In this document: one piece after another, positions 33,134 through 45,496 of the stretch | Numbering within the stretch: position 1 is the stretch's first letter | Layout: each line of letters begins with the position of its first letter | NCBI RefSeq assembly: GCF_002105155.1 | Contig: NW_019029016.1 | Location: 372,001 to 426,323 of the forward strand | Source: Lobosporangium transversale | Taxonomy: Eukaryota | Direction: 5' to 3' | Length of the DNA: 54,323 nucleotides | Translations under genes and position numbers: made by a program | The notes under the pieces: model-generated | What the model was told of the DNA's origin: nothing | Seen by the model: the letters and a program-made list of their open reading frames with translations, nothing else | The model's database searches: none

Positions 33134-36100
33134 CTACAATGCGCCCTTGAAGACAATGTTTCTGGTGTATATCCCAGGCTTGGCTTGTACCTTCCCATTC
33201 CCGACCAGCACCTTAAGATTGTTTGGGTCAGTACACCGTGATAAAGCAACGTAGAGATGGCCATGACTGAAGACATCTTGAGGAAGATAAACACCGACAT
33301 GTTTAAGTGTCTGTCCTTGTGACTTATTGATAGTCATGGCGAAGGCTGGCTTGACTGGAAATTGGCGTCTGCTGAACATAACTGGCGAAGAGCGGTCATC
33401 AATCGTTGTAAGCGGTATGCGAGGAATGAAAACACGCTCCCCTCGATATTGCCCATTGATAATCTCAGTCTGGATCATTCTTGTGCCCAACGCACGCACA
33501 ATCATGCGGGTGCCATTACATAGTCCGCGCTTTGGATTCAAGTTGCGAAGAAGGATGACAGGTTGACCGACTTTCAACTCCAGTTTGAATGGAGGCAAGC
33601 CTGGTGGACTAAGCTTGTTTAGATATTCTACAGGATAATGGACCGGAGCTGTTGCTTCAGGGTCTTGTAGGCTATCTTGACCAATATAACTGACTGATTG
33701 CTGAGTACTACAGAGCATAGTGGTAGCCAATTGGTTTAGCCTGTCTACATCTTCATTGAGAGGGCTCAATATAGCGCGCTCAATGAGTATTTCAGGCCGG
33801 AGTCCAGCAGTTTCGATGTCTGGAAATATCTGCCTAATTAGTAGCTTTTCGTGACTGTGATCCTTATTTACAGCTGGGGCGTCAAGGACCAAGTTGTCAG
33901 GTATCCTGATATAGTCGACATGAGGGCCAAAACTAACGGTCGGCTCTGTCCCTTCACCAATACGGAGTAGCCATTCGACAAACGCTTGGTTCTCAGGATG
34001 GCTGTTAACTCGCATATTCTTGCTCAGTCTGAGTGTCGTCACCGAAGGCCAAATATAAGATCTTTTCAATGAAGCATCCTCAATCTGAGCCTGTGTCCCA
34101 CGGATGACAACCGGAAGTACCTGTCTGAAGTCGCCTCCAAATACAAACACTTTACCACCGAACGGAGTATCCTGTTCCATAATGTCTCGAAGCAGCCTGT
34201 CTACAGCCTCAAAACAATGCTTATGCTGCAAAGGAGCCTCATCCCAGAAGACGACATCAGCATTACGTATTCTTACGGCAGCATCTTGCCGCATACCAAG
34301 ATAGCAGATGGAGCGACAGTCAACAGGGATCGGTATCTTGAACGTAGAATGGGCTGTATGGCCGTTATGGAGAATAAGAGAGGCAATTCCTGATGATGTG
34401 ACAGCAATCACACTTCGCTTATGTCGGCCAGTGAGACAACCAATGAGCGTGTTGTATAAAAAGGATTTGCCTGTTCCTCCTGGGCCATCAATGAAAAAAA
34501 GTCTCTCATGAACCTCACCCTTGGCTGCCTTAATGATGTGTTCAAAGGCTATCCTCTGGTCCAAGTTCAAGTGTATCACGTTATTGAGAGCCTCTTGTTC
34601 AAATTCCCATTGCTTCTGCGTGTCATCAACTTGATCTTCCTCCTGTAGGGCATTTTCTATTCCTTGAGGCATCTCTGGAAAGTTAGCCAGGCAGGACCCA
34701 AGCTCCTTCAGCACTTCATTCAGATCGTAGAGTGCCGAGCTCTTAGCTTGTTCCTCTGCGATACCCTTCGCAGTAGCAGTTGCTTCTCCCTGGAGTCCTT
34801 TACATATATGAAGGAAGTCTTCTGACAGGTCCCTTGCAAAGCGAGTCCAAAGAGCCAGTGGGTCAGAGAGACTACAGTTGATCATCATCTGCATTTGTTG
34901 CTTCTGCCCTCGAAATTTCTTTCTCAATGGCGCTATTGAGCTTGAACCATGCCATGAGCTGCGAGTCTTGGGCACAGGAGATGACTTGCTCGAGGTTAGC
35001 ATCAGGACCGAAGACCACTTGCTGCTGATCCTCCAGATGGACAGGCAGTCGAACAACATTATGGGATTGCCCATGGAGCGCAAAGCCATACATACGCCAT
35101 AAGCTCTCGCAAGTAGATACATATCGGCTATCCCTGTATTTGCTGACCTCATCGAGATTAACATTTCCTCCATCCGCTGCCAGCCACGACAGCAACTGCT
35201 GCTCTATCATGACCCTTGTGCACGTATTTGTAAATATACTTGACTGATGACACTGATCCACAGACTTCAACGTTAATATGAGCGTTATATTTGGTTGTAA
35301 GCCATAAATTGTGAGGAACAACCCAAGTGTTGTCGACAGTGTTGCCTTTTGAGTTTACAAAAGAGCGTGCAGGATCATTACGTCGACGATAGTTCGGGTA
35401 GCCATCCTCGCTTCTTGCAGTATTTCCCAAAAATGAGCGTGGGTACTTTTTGCTGCAGCTCCCTTCCACCATGCATGGCGCTTTAGAATTATGGACCCCA
35501 CATGGTCCATGTACCATGTGGGAAGTTACTGTCTCGTACGCAAGCGGGGCACTGTGTCGATCGGGGATCTCTGCAGACACAATAGAGTCAATGTCGTCTG
35601 CAGTCCGAGGCTTGCTTCCATCGTCAAGAATTATGAGGAGATGCTGATGCGGCAAACCACGTTTCTGGAACTCGACGACCCAATTGTAAGCAATAACTTT
35701 CCCTAGGACATCTTTCTTGAAGAGGTCATCCTCTAGAGCCTTCTTTTTGAGATTAAATACTCGTACGCAAAGGTCAGGCCAATCAGCTGCTGTTTGGCCT
35801 TCATAAAGAGCCTCCTGGATCTCTGGCCACTGGGGATTACATGTGAAGGTGATGAAGAGATCTGGCTTGCCAAACTTCCGAACCATGGCAATGGCATCTT
35901 GGAACAACTGTTGCATAAATCTGGGGCCTCCAACAAAGGAAGATGGTAAGATAATCCGCTTTCCAATATTCTCTGGCCTGAGATTGAGGTCAATTGCATC
36001 TACTATGCCGATATATGCATCCGCTTTGAGCTTAGCTTGATTCATACTGATATATAGGAGCCGAGAAGTTTCCAACTTGTAATATTGGTCGACAATATAT

Positions 36101-37584
36101 TGGTGAGCCAAACGTGGAATCATCCAAATGTAGGATCGTTGATCTGTTGAGCTCATTGGGCGGATTTGCAGTCTATATGCATAGAACTCCCTTTGGCTGA
36201 CGAACTCTCGGGTTTTTTTCGTCCGGCTCTCATGAGGTTCCATCTGGCCATCCTCAACATCCTCACCATCGCTTTCTCCAAGAGACCTTTCAGAGCCTAG
36301 CTCTGACCCGCTTTCCTTCTTATACTTGCCGTATGTCCACCCACACTCACCATTCGGATGCAAGAGGACGTAGTGAAGGCTGTCGTATGACGGATGAGTC
36401 TCGCTGATCTGCTGTAAACCGCCCCCTTTGTATTCAATAACTATATCCCTTCTTGAAACTTGGCTATCATCACCAGGCATCAAAACAGCGATTTCAGAGG
36501 ACGAAGGGGGACCATATTGTCTCCGTCCTTGGCTCCTTAGGTCACGTTGGGACTCAGCACGGATGACGACCCTTAACTGAGTATCTTGACCATTGACACG
36601 CTCTTTAATGTTCTTGAGTAAACGGGCCATCGGGTGATGTCGTTCGAGAAGCTGTTGTAGCTCAATTAACAAACTGTTGTCGAGAGAACCTTCAAAGTAC
36701 CCATTGCGAATTTTGGCCTGCTCTTCAGGGTCATGAATATGGCTGTGGATCTGTAAAAACTGAGGATCTACACCTTCAGACGGGCTCAGAGGGTCAATCA
36801 GGTGAGCGATACCTCCGATAATACGGAAAGTGTACACGCCTTGTTGGCTGTTTGCAAGGCTCCTGGCATGGTTTACTTTCATCGACGTAAAGGACAGAGC
36901 ACAGTTGTATTGCCGTGCATTATTTCGAATGGCTTTGCTTCTCGCGTCTTGGCCACCAAAGACCTCTAAAAAGCGGCGCGGAATACCCTCCAGATGAGGG
37001 ATTTTGACTTGACCTCTGCCGCAGCACAAGGAAAATTCTGGTCGGTGCTTGGTGTTTTTCACTCGTTCTTCAAGGAACATGATAGCATTGCAATAAGGGC
37101 ACCGGACCATCTGCTCTAAGCGGTGTCTATGGCGCTCGATATTGGGGCCTGAGATTAATTCTTGTTGGAACCTCCTTCTAGCGGTGGGGATAGTATCCAT
37201 ACTATTGGAATATAGAATCACAAATTTTTATTAATATTTTATATGGGCTTTTTCACTTTTTCACTTATCACAATATTTTTTTACACTAAAATAATAATAA
37301 GGGGAGGTCGGACTTACTCTTTATCGGGGCATGTGTTTCGGTTATGTCCTGGGCGACTGCATATACTGCACTGCCGTTGCACAGGCCGACAGGGTGACTG
37401 TAGCCTAGAGAGCAATGATAATGATGTTAGATTAGAAACGCAATACGTGGTAGTTTATAAATTCAATAAAATGTGAACCAAGAGTAGCTCACCTTCGTCT
37501 TCGCTCAGGTCTTTCGCTTTCACCTGGGCCATCAAGGCTAATGCTTCGTCTGCGAGTCGTCACAGGCTCGGTTCGATTCTGCAT
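33134..37584 (-). pseudogene. Spliced Helitron RepHel (CCHC knuckle, HUH Rep, Pif1 helicase) with frameshifts and a probable internal deletion
   Basis: Exons 37584-37493, 37404-37318 and 37201 onward splice in frame. Rep motifs PDLFITFTCNP, VEFQKRGLPHQH and YIYKY. Helicase motifs GPGGTGKS, WDE, GDFRQ and FAMTINKSQGQT. Frame breaks near 35180 and 34870. Confidence 0.9.
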
Positions 37585-37692
37585 GGGGTCACTAAAGATA
37601 ACATTGCAAAAGAAATGGCAATTTAGGATTGAAAAAAAAAATGCATTGCTAAGGATTACATATCGAAACATCAAAATGGAGCTCACCCTTCA

Positions 37693-37983
37693 TTATTTGG
37701 ACATGCACTTAGAAGCAACTTGATGGTATAAGTTTGGTGTAGCCGAAGGGACCAATGTTTCCTGCGACCGGGAGAGCTCTAAGTTATAGTCTTCTTGAGT
37801 AGGACAAACACAGCTGCTCTGAGAAGAACAACCTGTGTTCATGCAAACAACACAGCCAAGCCTGACTGCAAGCTCAGCTCTCATTGCCTCTTCTTTACGT
37901 CTTCTTTCTTCCTGTTCTTTTTTTTCCCCTTCTCTCTCTTGTTCAAGGAGTTCAAATAGGGCGCACTCGTCAATGGAGTCATA
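37693..37983 (-). pseudogene. 5'-truncated paralog of the 614-1228 cysteine-cluster protein
   Basis: YDSIDECALFELLEQE...GCVVCMNTGCSSQSSCVCP, cut at the TA next to the Tc1 element. Confidence 0.65.
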
Positions 37984-39614
37984 CACTATCATGCAAAACT
38001 GATTCAATAATTCATTCCCATGTGCATTTCTTTTTTTCATTCCTCGAAACCGTATATGCATACAACACTCATACTTTGGTTTAATAAAGCTCCCGTCTTC
38101 TTCTACGTCGTAGTGATGCATTGTGACATTAGCTTGTCTCATTTGAATAGCTAATGACTTTTTTGTTCATGCAGGTCATTGAATCAGTTTCACATGTGGT
38201 CTAAAATGTTGCCCATGACAACTTTGGACGTCATTTAATGCCAGTAAAAAAAGGACTTTTCTCTCTTTCCTTTATGAACACTTGCTTAACTCTCTCTTAA
38301 CTATACCTTCACAGAATATGAGACCCACTCCACAAAGGAAAGTCAACGAAGCCAGGAGGTTAATGATGGGAGGTATGTCTACTAGAGAAACTGCTGCTAG
38401 TGTTGGTATATCAATAGCGACGGCCACCAGGATCTATGCACATAATAAGGAGTACATGCCAGTCAATAAAGGCGGTCGACCAAGGAAAGTACCTAGAGGT
38501 ATCATGCAGTATCTTAAGGTGAACATGAAACGAGGTACACTCAAGTCTGCAGTTGAGGCCACCATCAGAGCCAACCAGCTCATACCAGCGGCTGTTTCTG
38601 AGACCACCGTTAGACGACGGCTCAAGGAGTTAGGATTGACAGCAAAGAGGCGTGTACGTAAGCCAGCTTTACGTCGACGACATATTAAAGCTCGTTTGCA
38701 TTTTATCAAAAAGTATAAGGAATGGACTCTGGAAGATTGGAAAAAGGTTATTTGGTCAGATGAATCGAAAATAAACCGAATCTGCTCTGATGGCGTGCAG
38801 TGGATCTGGGACGACAATCCGGGACGCCTCACTCGCAGGTCGGTGCAAGGCACTGTCAAGTTTGGGGGTGGTAATGTTAAAGTGTGGTCATGCTTCTCAT
38901 GGTACTGACCTGGATACATTGCAAAGATTGACAATAATATGGACGCACAACTTTACATCAAACTACTCCAGGAGGATCTACAGATGTCGCTTGATGACTA
39001 GGGCCTAACTAAAAGCGATATCGTCTTTCAGCACGACAATGACTCGAAGCACACGGCGAAGATTGTTAGGAAGTATTTGGAGTCAGTACATCTGACAGAA
39101 GAGGAAGGTACACTTCTAGAGTGGCCAGCACAATCCCCTGACCTCAACCCTATTGAACACATGTGGGCAGAATTGGATAGGCGGCTCTCTAGGTATCCCG
39201 AGCGAGCTAAGAGCTGTGATAAACTATGGGAGCGAATATCGGTTGAATGGTACAGGATCCCAGTGGACTTCTGCCGCAAACTCATCATAGGTATCCATAA
39301 GAGACTCCAAGCTGTCAGTGATGCCCATGGTTGGAATACTACTTATTGATGTAAGGTTATGGCTCACAAAAGAATAAAGATCTTTGGCCACCGAATGGGC
39401 ACATGTGAAACTGATTCAATGACCTGAATGAACAAAAAAGTCATTAGCTATTCAAATGAGACAAGCTAATGTCACAACGCATCACTATGACGTAGAAGAA
39501 GACGGGAGCTTTATTAAACCAAAGTATGAGTGTTGTATGCATATACGGTTTCGAGGAATGAAAAAAAGAAATGCACATGGGAATGAATTATTGAATCAGT
39601 TTTGCATGATAGTG
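37984..39614 (+). mobile_element. Tc1 element with ~215-bp TIRs
   Basis: TA|CACTATCATGCAAAAC ... GTTTTGCATGATAGTG|TA. TIRs 37984-38198 and 39400-39614 are nearly identical. Confidence 0.93.
38318..39349 (+). pseudogene. Tc1 transposase with a single nonsense codon
   Basis: GRPRK, WSDES, QHDND and SPDLNPIE in one frame. TGA at 38906-38908 where Gly (WYGPG) is expected. Confidence 0.9.
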
Positions 39615-39938
39615 TATGTCACATCACCCCCTCTCCAGTGAAGGAAATGATAATAATAGGGAAATATGTATATGATAATAAGTATATGTGTACAAATGTA
39701 TGTTTGTACCAATATAAGTTTGTGTGAGGAAAATGCTAAAACCTCATGTTATTTGATGTTAATGGTGGAGGAGAAAAAAAAAATAAACCTCAATATGTCT
39801 GTGTCATCGTGCCCGCTCTCATTGGCATGATGTTGGTGGAAAAAAAGCTCGTTTGGCGTTGAACAAGTAAAAACCACCTTGGAGGAAAGCGGCGAGAAAA
39901 ACCTCCATTGTATTTGTATGCCGCTGATGATCGTCAGA

Positions 39939-42900
39939 CTATTTCGACAGACGTGCTCGCTTCGAGGGCCGATAGACTCTGTGATCTGGCTGACGTTTAT
40001 GATGGTGCACTGGTACTGCAGTTTCAGTTGCAACCTTTGATGCCCGATGTTTGTTTATGATATTTGTAGTGTTTGTATTGTTGGGCTGTAATAATGAATA
40101 TGATTCTTCTGTACTCTCTGAGACGCCTTGTTGAGTAGACAGAGAATAGTTGTTTGTAGTGCGAGCATATGTATGAGGACAATTTTTGCCTTGTTGCATC
40201 CAATAATCGCGGATACATTGTGTTTCATAGAAATGACTATACGGTTCCCAGGTGTAATCCTTTGGATTGTCATAGCCTTTCCAATGAACAAGATACTCGT
40301 GCTCTTTTCGATTATATTTTGGGTTTGGTGGCCTATGTTTGATGATAGTTTTGACAATATATGTGTTTGGATCGATTGGTTCGGCCAGGACCAGTTTGAG
40401 TTGAGAAGTAGTGTATTTCCGTGGAAGGATCGTCCCTGTATTATCACGTAGTGTGTATGTGCCATTTCGATCTTGGCGCACGACAGTATAAGGGCCTTCA
40501 TATTTCGGATTCAACTTATTTGTTCGTGTTGGATCAAGTGCCATGACGACTGCTCCATCCGGAAAGATATTTTGTAGGATAGTAGCATTGAATCGTTCGA
40601 CCATTTTTTGTTGTGTAGCTTTAGATCGTTCACTAGCTGCTGGAAAGACAACCTTTGTCATGTATTCAAGACGTTCAAGTAATTGGTCATGGTTGATGAG
40701 ATGACTTTCGGTGTCCTGAAAATTGCCTATGCCGTTGTAGCGTCTCGCAAAGAACAAAGAATATGGTGTCGATTGATGTAAATCAACTATTTGAGTGTTC
40801 ATCATGAGTTGTGCTACAGGTACTTGTTTTGCCCATTTTGTTGGATCGTCTTCAAAGCGTTTGCGAATGATGTCTGTGGCTATTTTCACTTGTCGTTCAG
40901 CTGCGCCATTCGCACGAGGGTGATACGGTGTGATAAGCCGATGTTGTATGTGCATTTGCTTTGTAAGAGAATCAAGGACATTATTGACAAATTCAGTGCC
41001 GTTGTCTGATTGTAGGATCTTAGGAAAACCAATGTCACAGAATATGTTGAACAGTTCTTGAGCAACAGTGATGGAATTCTTGTCAATTAAAGGACGAAGG
41101 TAGACGAATCTGGTACAGATATCTACTACTACAAGAACGTATCTGTATGTATGTGTTGTTCCTTGGGTATCAGTATGTGTTGATGGGTGCAATTCACCTA
41201 GTAAATCGATTGCAATATGATCGCCAGGGAGTTCTGCATGAATGGCTTGCATGGGGTGATAGCCTTTACGAACAATATTGTATTTTTGACAAGCTCTGCA
41301 TTTTTTGACGAAGTTGAGACAATCATTAATAAGATGAGGCCAGGTAAGATTAGAGGAATGAATGGAACGAACCATTCTTTGACCGCCAATATGACCAGGG
41401 CCATGAGCTTCCGATAGTACGGATTGACGTTTTGCCTCAGGTACTTCGGTGTATGTTGCACGTAAATCATCATCCTGTATGATATGCATATAGGTAGATG
41501 TAATATGTTGTGCTTTAAAAGTGTTTGATTGTGCAGATTTTGTGTTATATGTGTTTGTATGTTCATTATTATAAGTAGATGTATGATAATTCTCAGACCA
41601 TAATTCTTTTGGAAAAAGTCGTGAGAGGTGATCTGGTAAAATGTTTAAGATACCAGGTCGATAAATAATGTCAAAATTGAATTCTAGTATTGTATCTTGC
41701 CAACCAGACATTACAATGGATGGCTTTTTTTGTGTGAATAGGTATGTAAGAGCGCGATGATCTGTATATAATGTAAATTTGCGGCCTTTAAGATAGTAGT
41801 AAAATTTAGTGAGAGCGAAAGCAATTGCTAACATTTCTTTTTTTGTGGCCGAATAATTGCGTTCACTGGGCTGTAATGATCTAGCCATGAACGATATATA
41901 AGAGACCTTGTTTGAATTATCAGGTCCTTCTGGTAATTGATATAATGCTGCACCGATACCAATGTTTGATGCATCAGTAGCAACATAAAATTGTTTTGTA
42001 AAATCTGGAAAGATTAATATAGGTGCTTGTGATAATAGTTCACGAAATGAATCAAAGCATTTTTTTTGTAGAGATGATAGTTGATATGGTTTTGTCTGAG
42101 TGCGAAGTTCATCCAATGGAGCAGCAAGTGTACTAAAGCATGGGATGTACTCGCGAAAAAAGTTAAAGAAGCCAAGATAATGTTGCATTTGTTTGCCGGT
42201 GTGTGGATAATCCCATTCATGGATGTTTGTCAATTTTATGGGATCAATTTGTTTGCCATGTAAATCAATGATATGCCCCAGAAGAATAACACGTGTAGTG
42301 AAAAAATGACATTTATCGGGATTTAAAATCATACGTGCATCTGTGAGTCTATTGATGACAACTGTCAGGTGTAGTGCATGTTCACGTAAAGTCTTTGAAT
42401 AAACGATTACGTCGTCTACAAAGATTGAGACATAAGGTAAATCGCCTAAGATACGAGACATGCCTCTTTGAAATAAACTGGACAAATGTTTAAGTCCAAA
42501 TGGTGCACGTTGGAACATATATTGTTTTCCTCGGTGTGTAAAAGTAGTTAGAGGTTGATCTTTTTCATTAATAGGGGATCGATGGTATGCTTCTCGGAGA
42601 TCAAGAGTGGAATACACAGCATGACCTGCAACATTATTGAAGACTTCATTTGCCAGTGGTAAAGGAGAATTGTCATCTGGCAGATATTGGTTAAGAAGAC
42701 GTGGATCTAAACAAACACGTTTTTTAGTGCGTTTGCCCTCAAGATCTTTTTTGGCAGCAAGGGTAAGTGGACTGTTGTGTGGGGTACCTGGTGGAGCAAG
42801 AGTAATAATTTCTTGTTGTAACCATCGTGAAACAGTTTCATCAACTAATTGTTGATCTGTTTGAGCAAAAGGTCGTTGTCTTCTAAAAATAATTGTGTTT

Positions 42901-45062
42901 GGGGGTACTGACAAGTAAACTTTCATTTCAGGAACAGGACAGAAACTGTTTGTTGGAATGTTTGAGTTTGCATTTAAAGCAGGTTGGATAAGTTGTAGAG
43001 TTTTAGTTTTGATTGATTGAAATTTTGGTGTTCGTTCATTATCTGGAATTGAGTCTAATGGTGTTAAAGTAGGTTTATTGTCAGGTATGACAGTAATATT
43101 GTTTTCGAATTGTGAAGTAGGATTGGGTAGACCAGTAATGCCAAAACCAAATGAATAAAAAGTGTTAATGCCAATTTGAAAACCATAATGAGGTAGATCC
43201 AGTACTTCCATATATGTAGATAAAGTGTGTGCTGCACATGTAATTGTAATAGGTACAGCAGTTGTAGTACGAGATGTTGTTATACCAGCTTTGCCCAATT
43301 GGATTGTACCAGGAGTAGAGCTTGTTGGTATATTATGTTCTTTAATAACATTTGTATTAATAAATGTATGTGTGCAACCTGTGTCGAGCAGTGCCATATA
43401 TTCTTGTTCCTGATAATAAACCGGAAGTATGATACGATTATCATGTTCTGGTGTAGTATTATTTGTTTGTATGCTTGCGATATGCATATAAGGAGAATAA
43501 GAATAATCTGTTTTATTTCGAATATCATCATCGTCATCTTCAATCATGTCTGCTATATGAGATGAATTTTGCATATCAATAAAAGTATCAGGAGGAATAT
43601 AGGTGCTCTGATTAATAACAGTCGCATTATTTAATGGAATTTGCTTCTCTTTTCCTTTATATGAAGATGAAGCATTGTTCTTTTTAGGACATTTGTTTGG
43701 AAAATGATATGACTGACAAGGTACGCAGAATGGTGCAGTGCAATGTTCAGTCGTGTGATTGTTGTAATGACATTTGTTACAACTTGGTTTGATATTGTTT
43801 TTGGTTTGTTTATCATTTGTATGATTTGTTTTTTGTATGTTTTGTTTATGAGGGTCAGATTGAGCAGGTTGTTGATCAGGTCTGAATCGTTTGTTGTATG
43901 GTTGCCATCTGGATTGTTTTGCATAATAAGGGTTTTGAAAGTTGTGAGGTTTTGAATTAGATGGATTAGATGGAGACTTGAAAGTAAAAGGAAGTCGGCC
44001 ATAGTCGATAGGTTTTCCATCAAGGATTTTGACGAAATCGTGCCAATCACTGAAAGTACAGTCGGCATGACTTGGTTCAGAAAGATTATGCGAGTGGTAA
44101 ATGTGGTTTATACGGGTCCAGATGCGAAAGAGGGTGATTGCAATTGGTGGCAAAATGCTTGTAAGATAATGCGTAATCGCAGGTGAAGGCTCAGCAAGAC
44201 CAGAATTTATTTTAGCTTGTTGAACGCGTTGTGCAAAATCAGCCCATTGTTCATCTGTAAGAGGTAAAATGTTGAGAAGCTTTTTTGATGTGTCAATCAC
44301 GTCAGATGCTTTGTCTGTGTGTTTCAGGAATACTTTTTCGGCATCTGATTGGGTGATGGGATATTTGGGTGCATTTGTAAGGTCGTGTTTGGCTTCGGTT
44401 TCACGTTCTCTAATAAGATGAACGAGTTCTGTAACATAAAGACATCGTAAATTCATGTCTTGGATGGCTTGACCCAAATATTTTCCGTATGTTGGTCCAT
44501 CGTCAGGAGATAGAGTGGGGACAGACGTTAAAATATCGGAAAAAAAGACGCGAAGAAATTCTTGAGCATTGCTCAGACAGCCGGTGCCTTTGCCAAAACG
44601 GACACAATTGGAGGGTATAGTTTTTGCAGGTATTGGTTCGTCTTCAAAGAAAGAGGTAATATGATGTGAGAATTTGGTGGAGGAAGAGATAGTATTGGGT
44701 TTTATGATGCATTCATCAAGCTCTTGAAGAATTTTTGTTTGTCGCTCAATGATAGCGTTGTGTTCTTTTATAGATTGGCGTAAATGTGTGATATGGTTGT
44801 TTTTGTCTTTGTTTGTAGCAGGGTTTCCATTAGAGAGAAGAATCTGTTGTGGATTCAAGTCTTCAAGATAAAGTAGAATGCAACGTTGTTGTCTCAAATT
44901 GGTCGTATTTTCATTTAAAATTGTTGAGATGTTTGTGTAAGCTTGTTTTAATTCATTTTGTGGGGCTCTAGGTCCCAAGCTGAGAACGGCAACAGGTGGA
45001 TGTTGAGTTGGGGCTGTAATCTCAGTCAGAGTGTAGAAAGTTTCATCTTGATTGGAAGTCAT
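39939..45062 (-). CDS. Gypsy Gag-Pol polyprotein (1707 aa, single frame) with chromodomain
   Basis: Two zinc knuckles (CNKCHYNNHTTEHC, CVPCQSYHFPNKC), protease LLDTG, RT FVDD, RNase H TDAS, integrase HHCC plus D-D-E (IDL/SDNG/AER), chromodomain EYLVHWKGY...TWEP. Start taken as MTSNQ. Confidence 0.93.
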   Translation of the reverse strand: MTSNQDETFYTLTEITAPTQHPPVAVLSLGPRAPQNELKQAYTNISTILNENTTNLRQQRCILLYLEDLNPQQILLSNGNPATNKDKNNHITHLRQSIKEHNAIIERQTKILQELDECIIKPNTISSSTKFSHHITSFFEDEPIPAKTIPSNCVRFGKGTGCLSNAQEFLRVFFSDILTSVPTLSPDDGPTYGKYLGQAIQDMNLRCLYVTELVHLIRERETEAKHDLTNAPKYPITQSDAEKVFLKHTDKASDVIDTSKKLLNILPLTDEQWADFAQRVQQAKINSGLAEPSPAITHYLTSILPPIAITLFRIWTRINHIYHSHNLSEPSHADCTFSDWHDFVKILDGKPIDYGRLPFTFKSPSNPSNSKPHNFQNPYYAKQSRWQPYNKRFRPDQQPAQSDPHKQNIQKTNHTNDKQTKNNIKPSCNKCHYNNHTTEHCTAPFCVPCQSYHFPNKCPKKNNASSSYKGKEKQIPLNNATVINQSTYIPPDTFIDMQNSSHIADMIEDDDDDIRNKTDYSYSPYMHIASIQTNNTTPEHDNRIILPVYYQEQEYMALLDTGCTHTFINTNVIKEHNIPTSSTPGTIQLGKAGITTSRTTTAVPITITCAAHTLSTYMEVLDLPHYGFQIGINTFYSFGFGITGLPNPTSQFENNITVIPDNKPTLTPLDSIPDNERTPKFQSIKTKTLQLIQPALNANSNIPTNSFCPVPEMKVYLSVPPNTIIFRRQRPFAQTDQQLVDETVSRWLQQEIITLAPPGTPHNSPLTLAAKKDLEGKRTKKRVCLDPRLLNQYLPDDNSPLPLANEVFNNVAGHAVYSTLDLREAYHRSPINEKDQPLTTFTHRGKQYMFQRAPFGLKHLSSLFQRGMSRILGDLPYVSIFVDDVIVYSKTLREHALHLTVVINRLTDARMILNPDKCHFFTTRVILLGHIIDLHGKQIDPIKLTNIHEWDYPHTGKQMQHYLGFFNFFREYIPCFSTLAAPLDELRTQTKPYQLSSLQKKCFDSFRELLSQAPILIFPDFTKQFYVATDASNIGIGAALYQLPEGPDNSNKVSYISFMARSLQPSERNYSATKKEMLAIAFALTKFYYYLKGRKFTLYTDHRALTYLFTQKKPSIVMSGWQDTILEFNFDIIYRPGILNILPDHLSRLFPKELWSENYHTSTYNNEHTNTYNTKSAQSNTFKAQHITSTYMHIIQDDDLRATYTEVPEAKRQSVLSEAHGPGHIGGQRMVRSIHSSNLTWPHLINDCLNFVKKCRACQKYNIVRKGYHPMQAIHAELPGDHIAIDLLGELHPSTHTDTQGTTHTYRYVLVVVDICTRFVYLRPLIDKNSITVAQELFNIFCDIGFPKILQSDNGTEFVNNVLDSLTKQMHIQHRLITPYHPRANGAAERQVKIATDIIRKRFEDDPTKWAKQVPVAQLMMNTQIVDLHQSTPYSLFFARRYNGIGNFQDTESHLINHDQLLERLEYMTKVVFPAASERSKATQQKMVERFNATILQNIFPDGAVVMALDPTRTNKLNPKYEGPYTVVRQDRNGTYTLRDNTGTILPRKYTTSQLKLVLAEPIDPNTYIVKTIIKHRPPNPKYNRKEHEYLVHWKGYDNPKDYTWEPYSHFYETQCIRDYWMQQGKNCPHTYARTTNNYSLSTQQGVSESTEESYSLLQPNNTNTTNIINKHRASKVATETAVPVHHHKRQPDHRVYRPSKRARLSK

Positions 45063-45496
45063 CGTAAAGGAGTGTTGTTTTTTTTTTTTTTTTTTTTTTT
45101 TTTGAAGTAGTTTTCTTGCCAAAGAAAAGTGAAATTCAAGTGTCAAGATAAGCTTTTTTTTTTTTTTTTTTTTGAGAATAAATATGCTTTTTTTTTTTTT
45201 TTTTTTTTTTTGCAGGTGATTCAATGAATGGAGATAGCACGGAATTTTTTTTTTTTTTTTTTTGATGCATGTCAAAATCTCAATCATTCATTGGTTCATT
45301 TAGTCTGAAAATCACGCCATTTGAAATGAGTCTCAATGGCGAATGAGAATGAAGAAAAGAATGTGAATGGATGGATGATTGAGAATATAAATTGATTGCT
45401 TTTTTTCGTTTTCATTCCTCCATTCGTTATTTCACCATTCTCACACTTTCAACAAAACTTCAGCACACTTCATATTGCCATCAAAAACACTTCAGA

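Noticed and set aside
38434..38934. 166-aa minus-strand ORF
   Set aside because: Antisense to the Tc1 transposase with no independent motif.
39456..39641. Repeated MRQANVT.. ORFs (also the start of 37693-38142 and 52547-52774)
   Set aside because: They are readings of Tc1 TIR sequence, not a gene family.
45063..45287. Poly-Lys N-terminal extension of Gag-Pol, and other poly-K/poly-F ORFs in the track
   Set aside because: Translation of homopolymer runs in leaders and introns.
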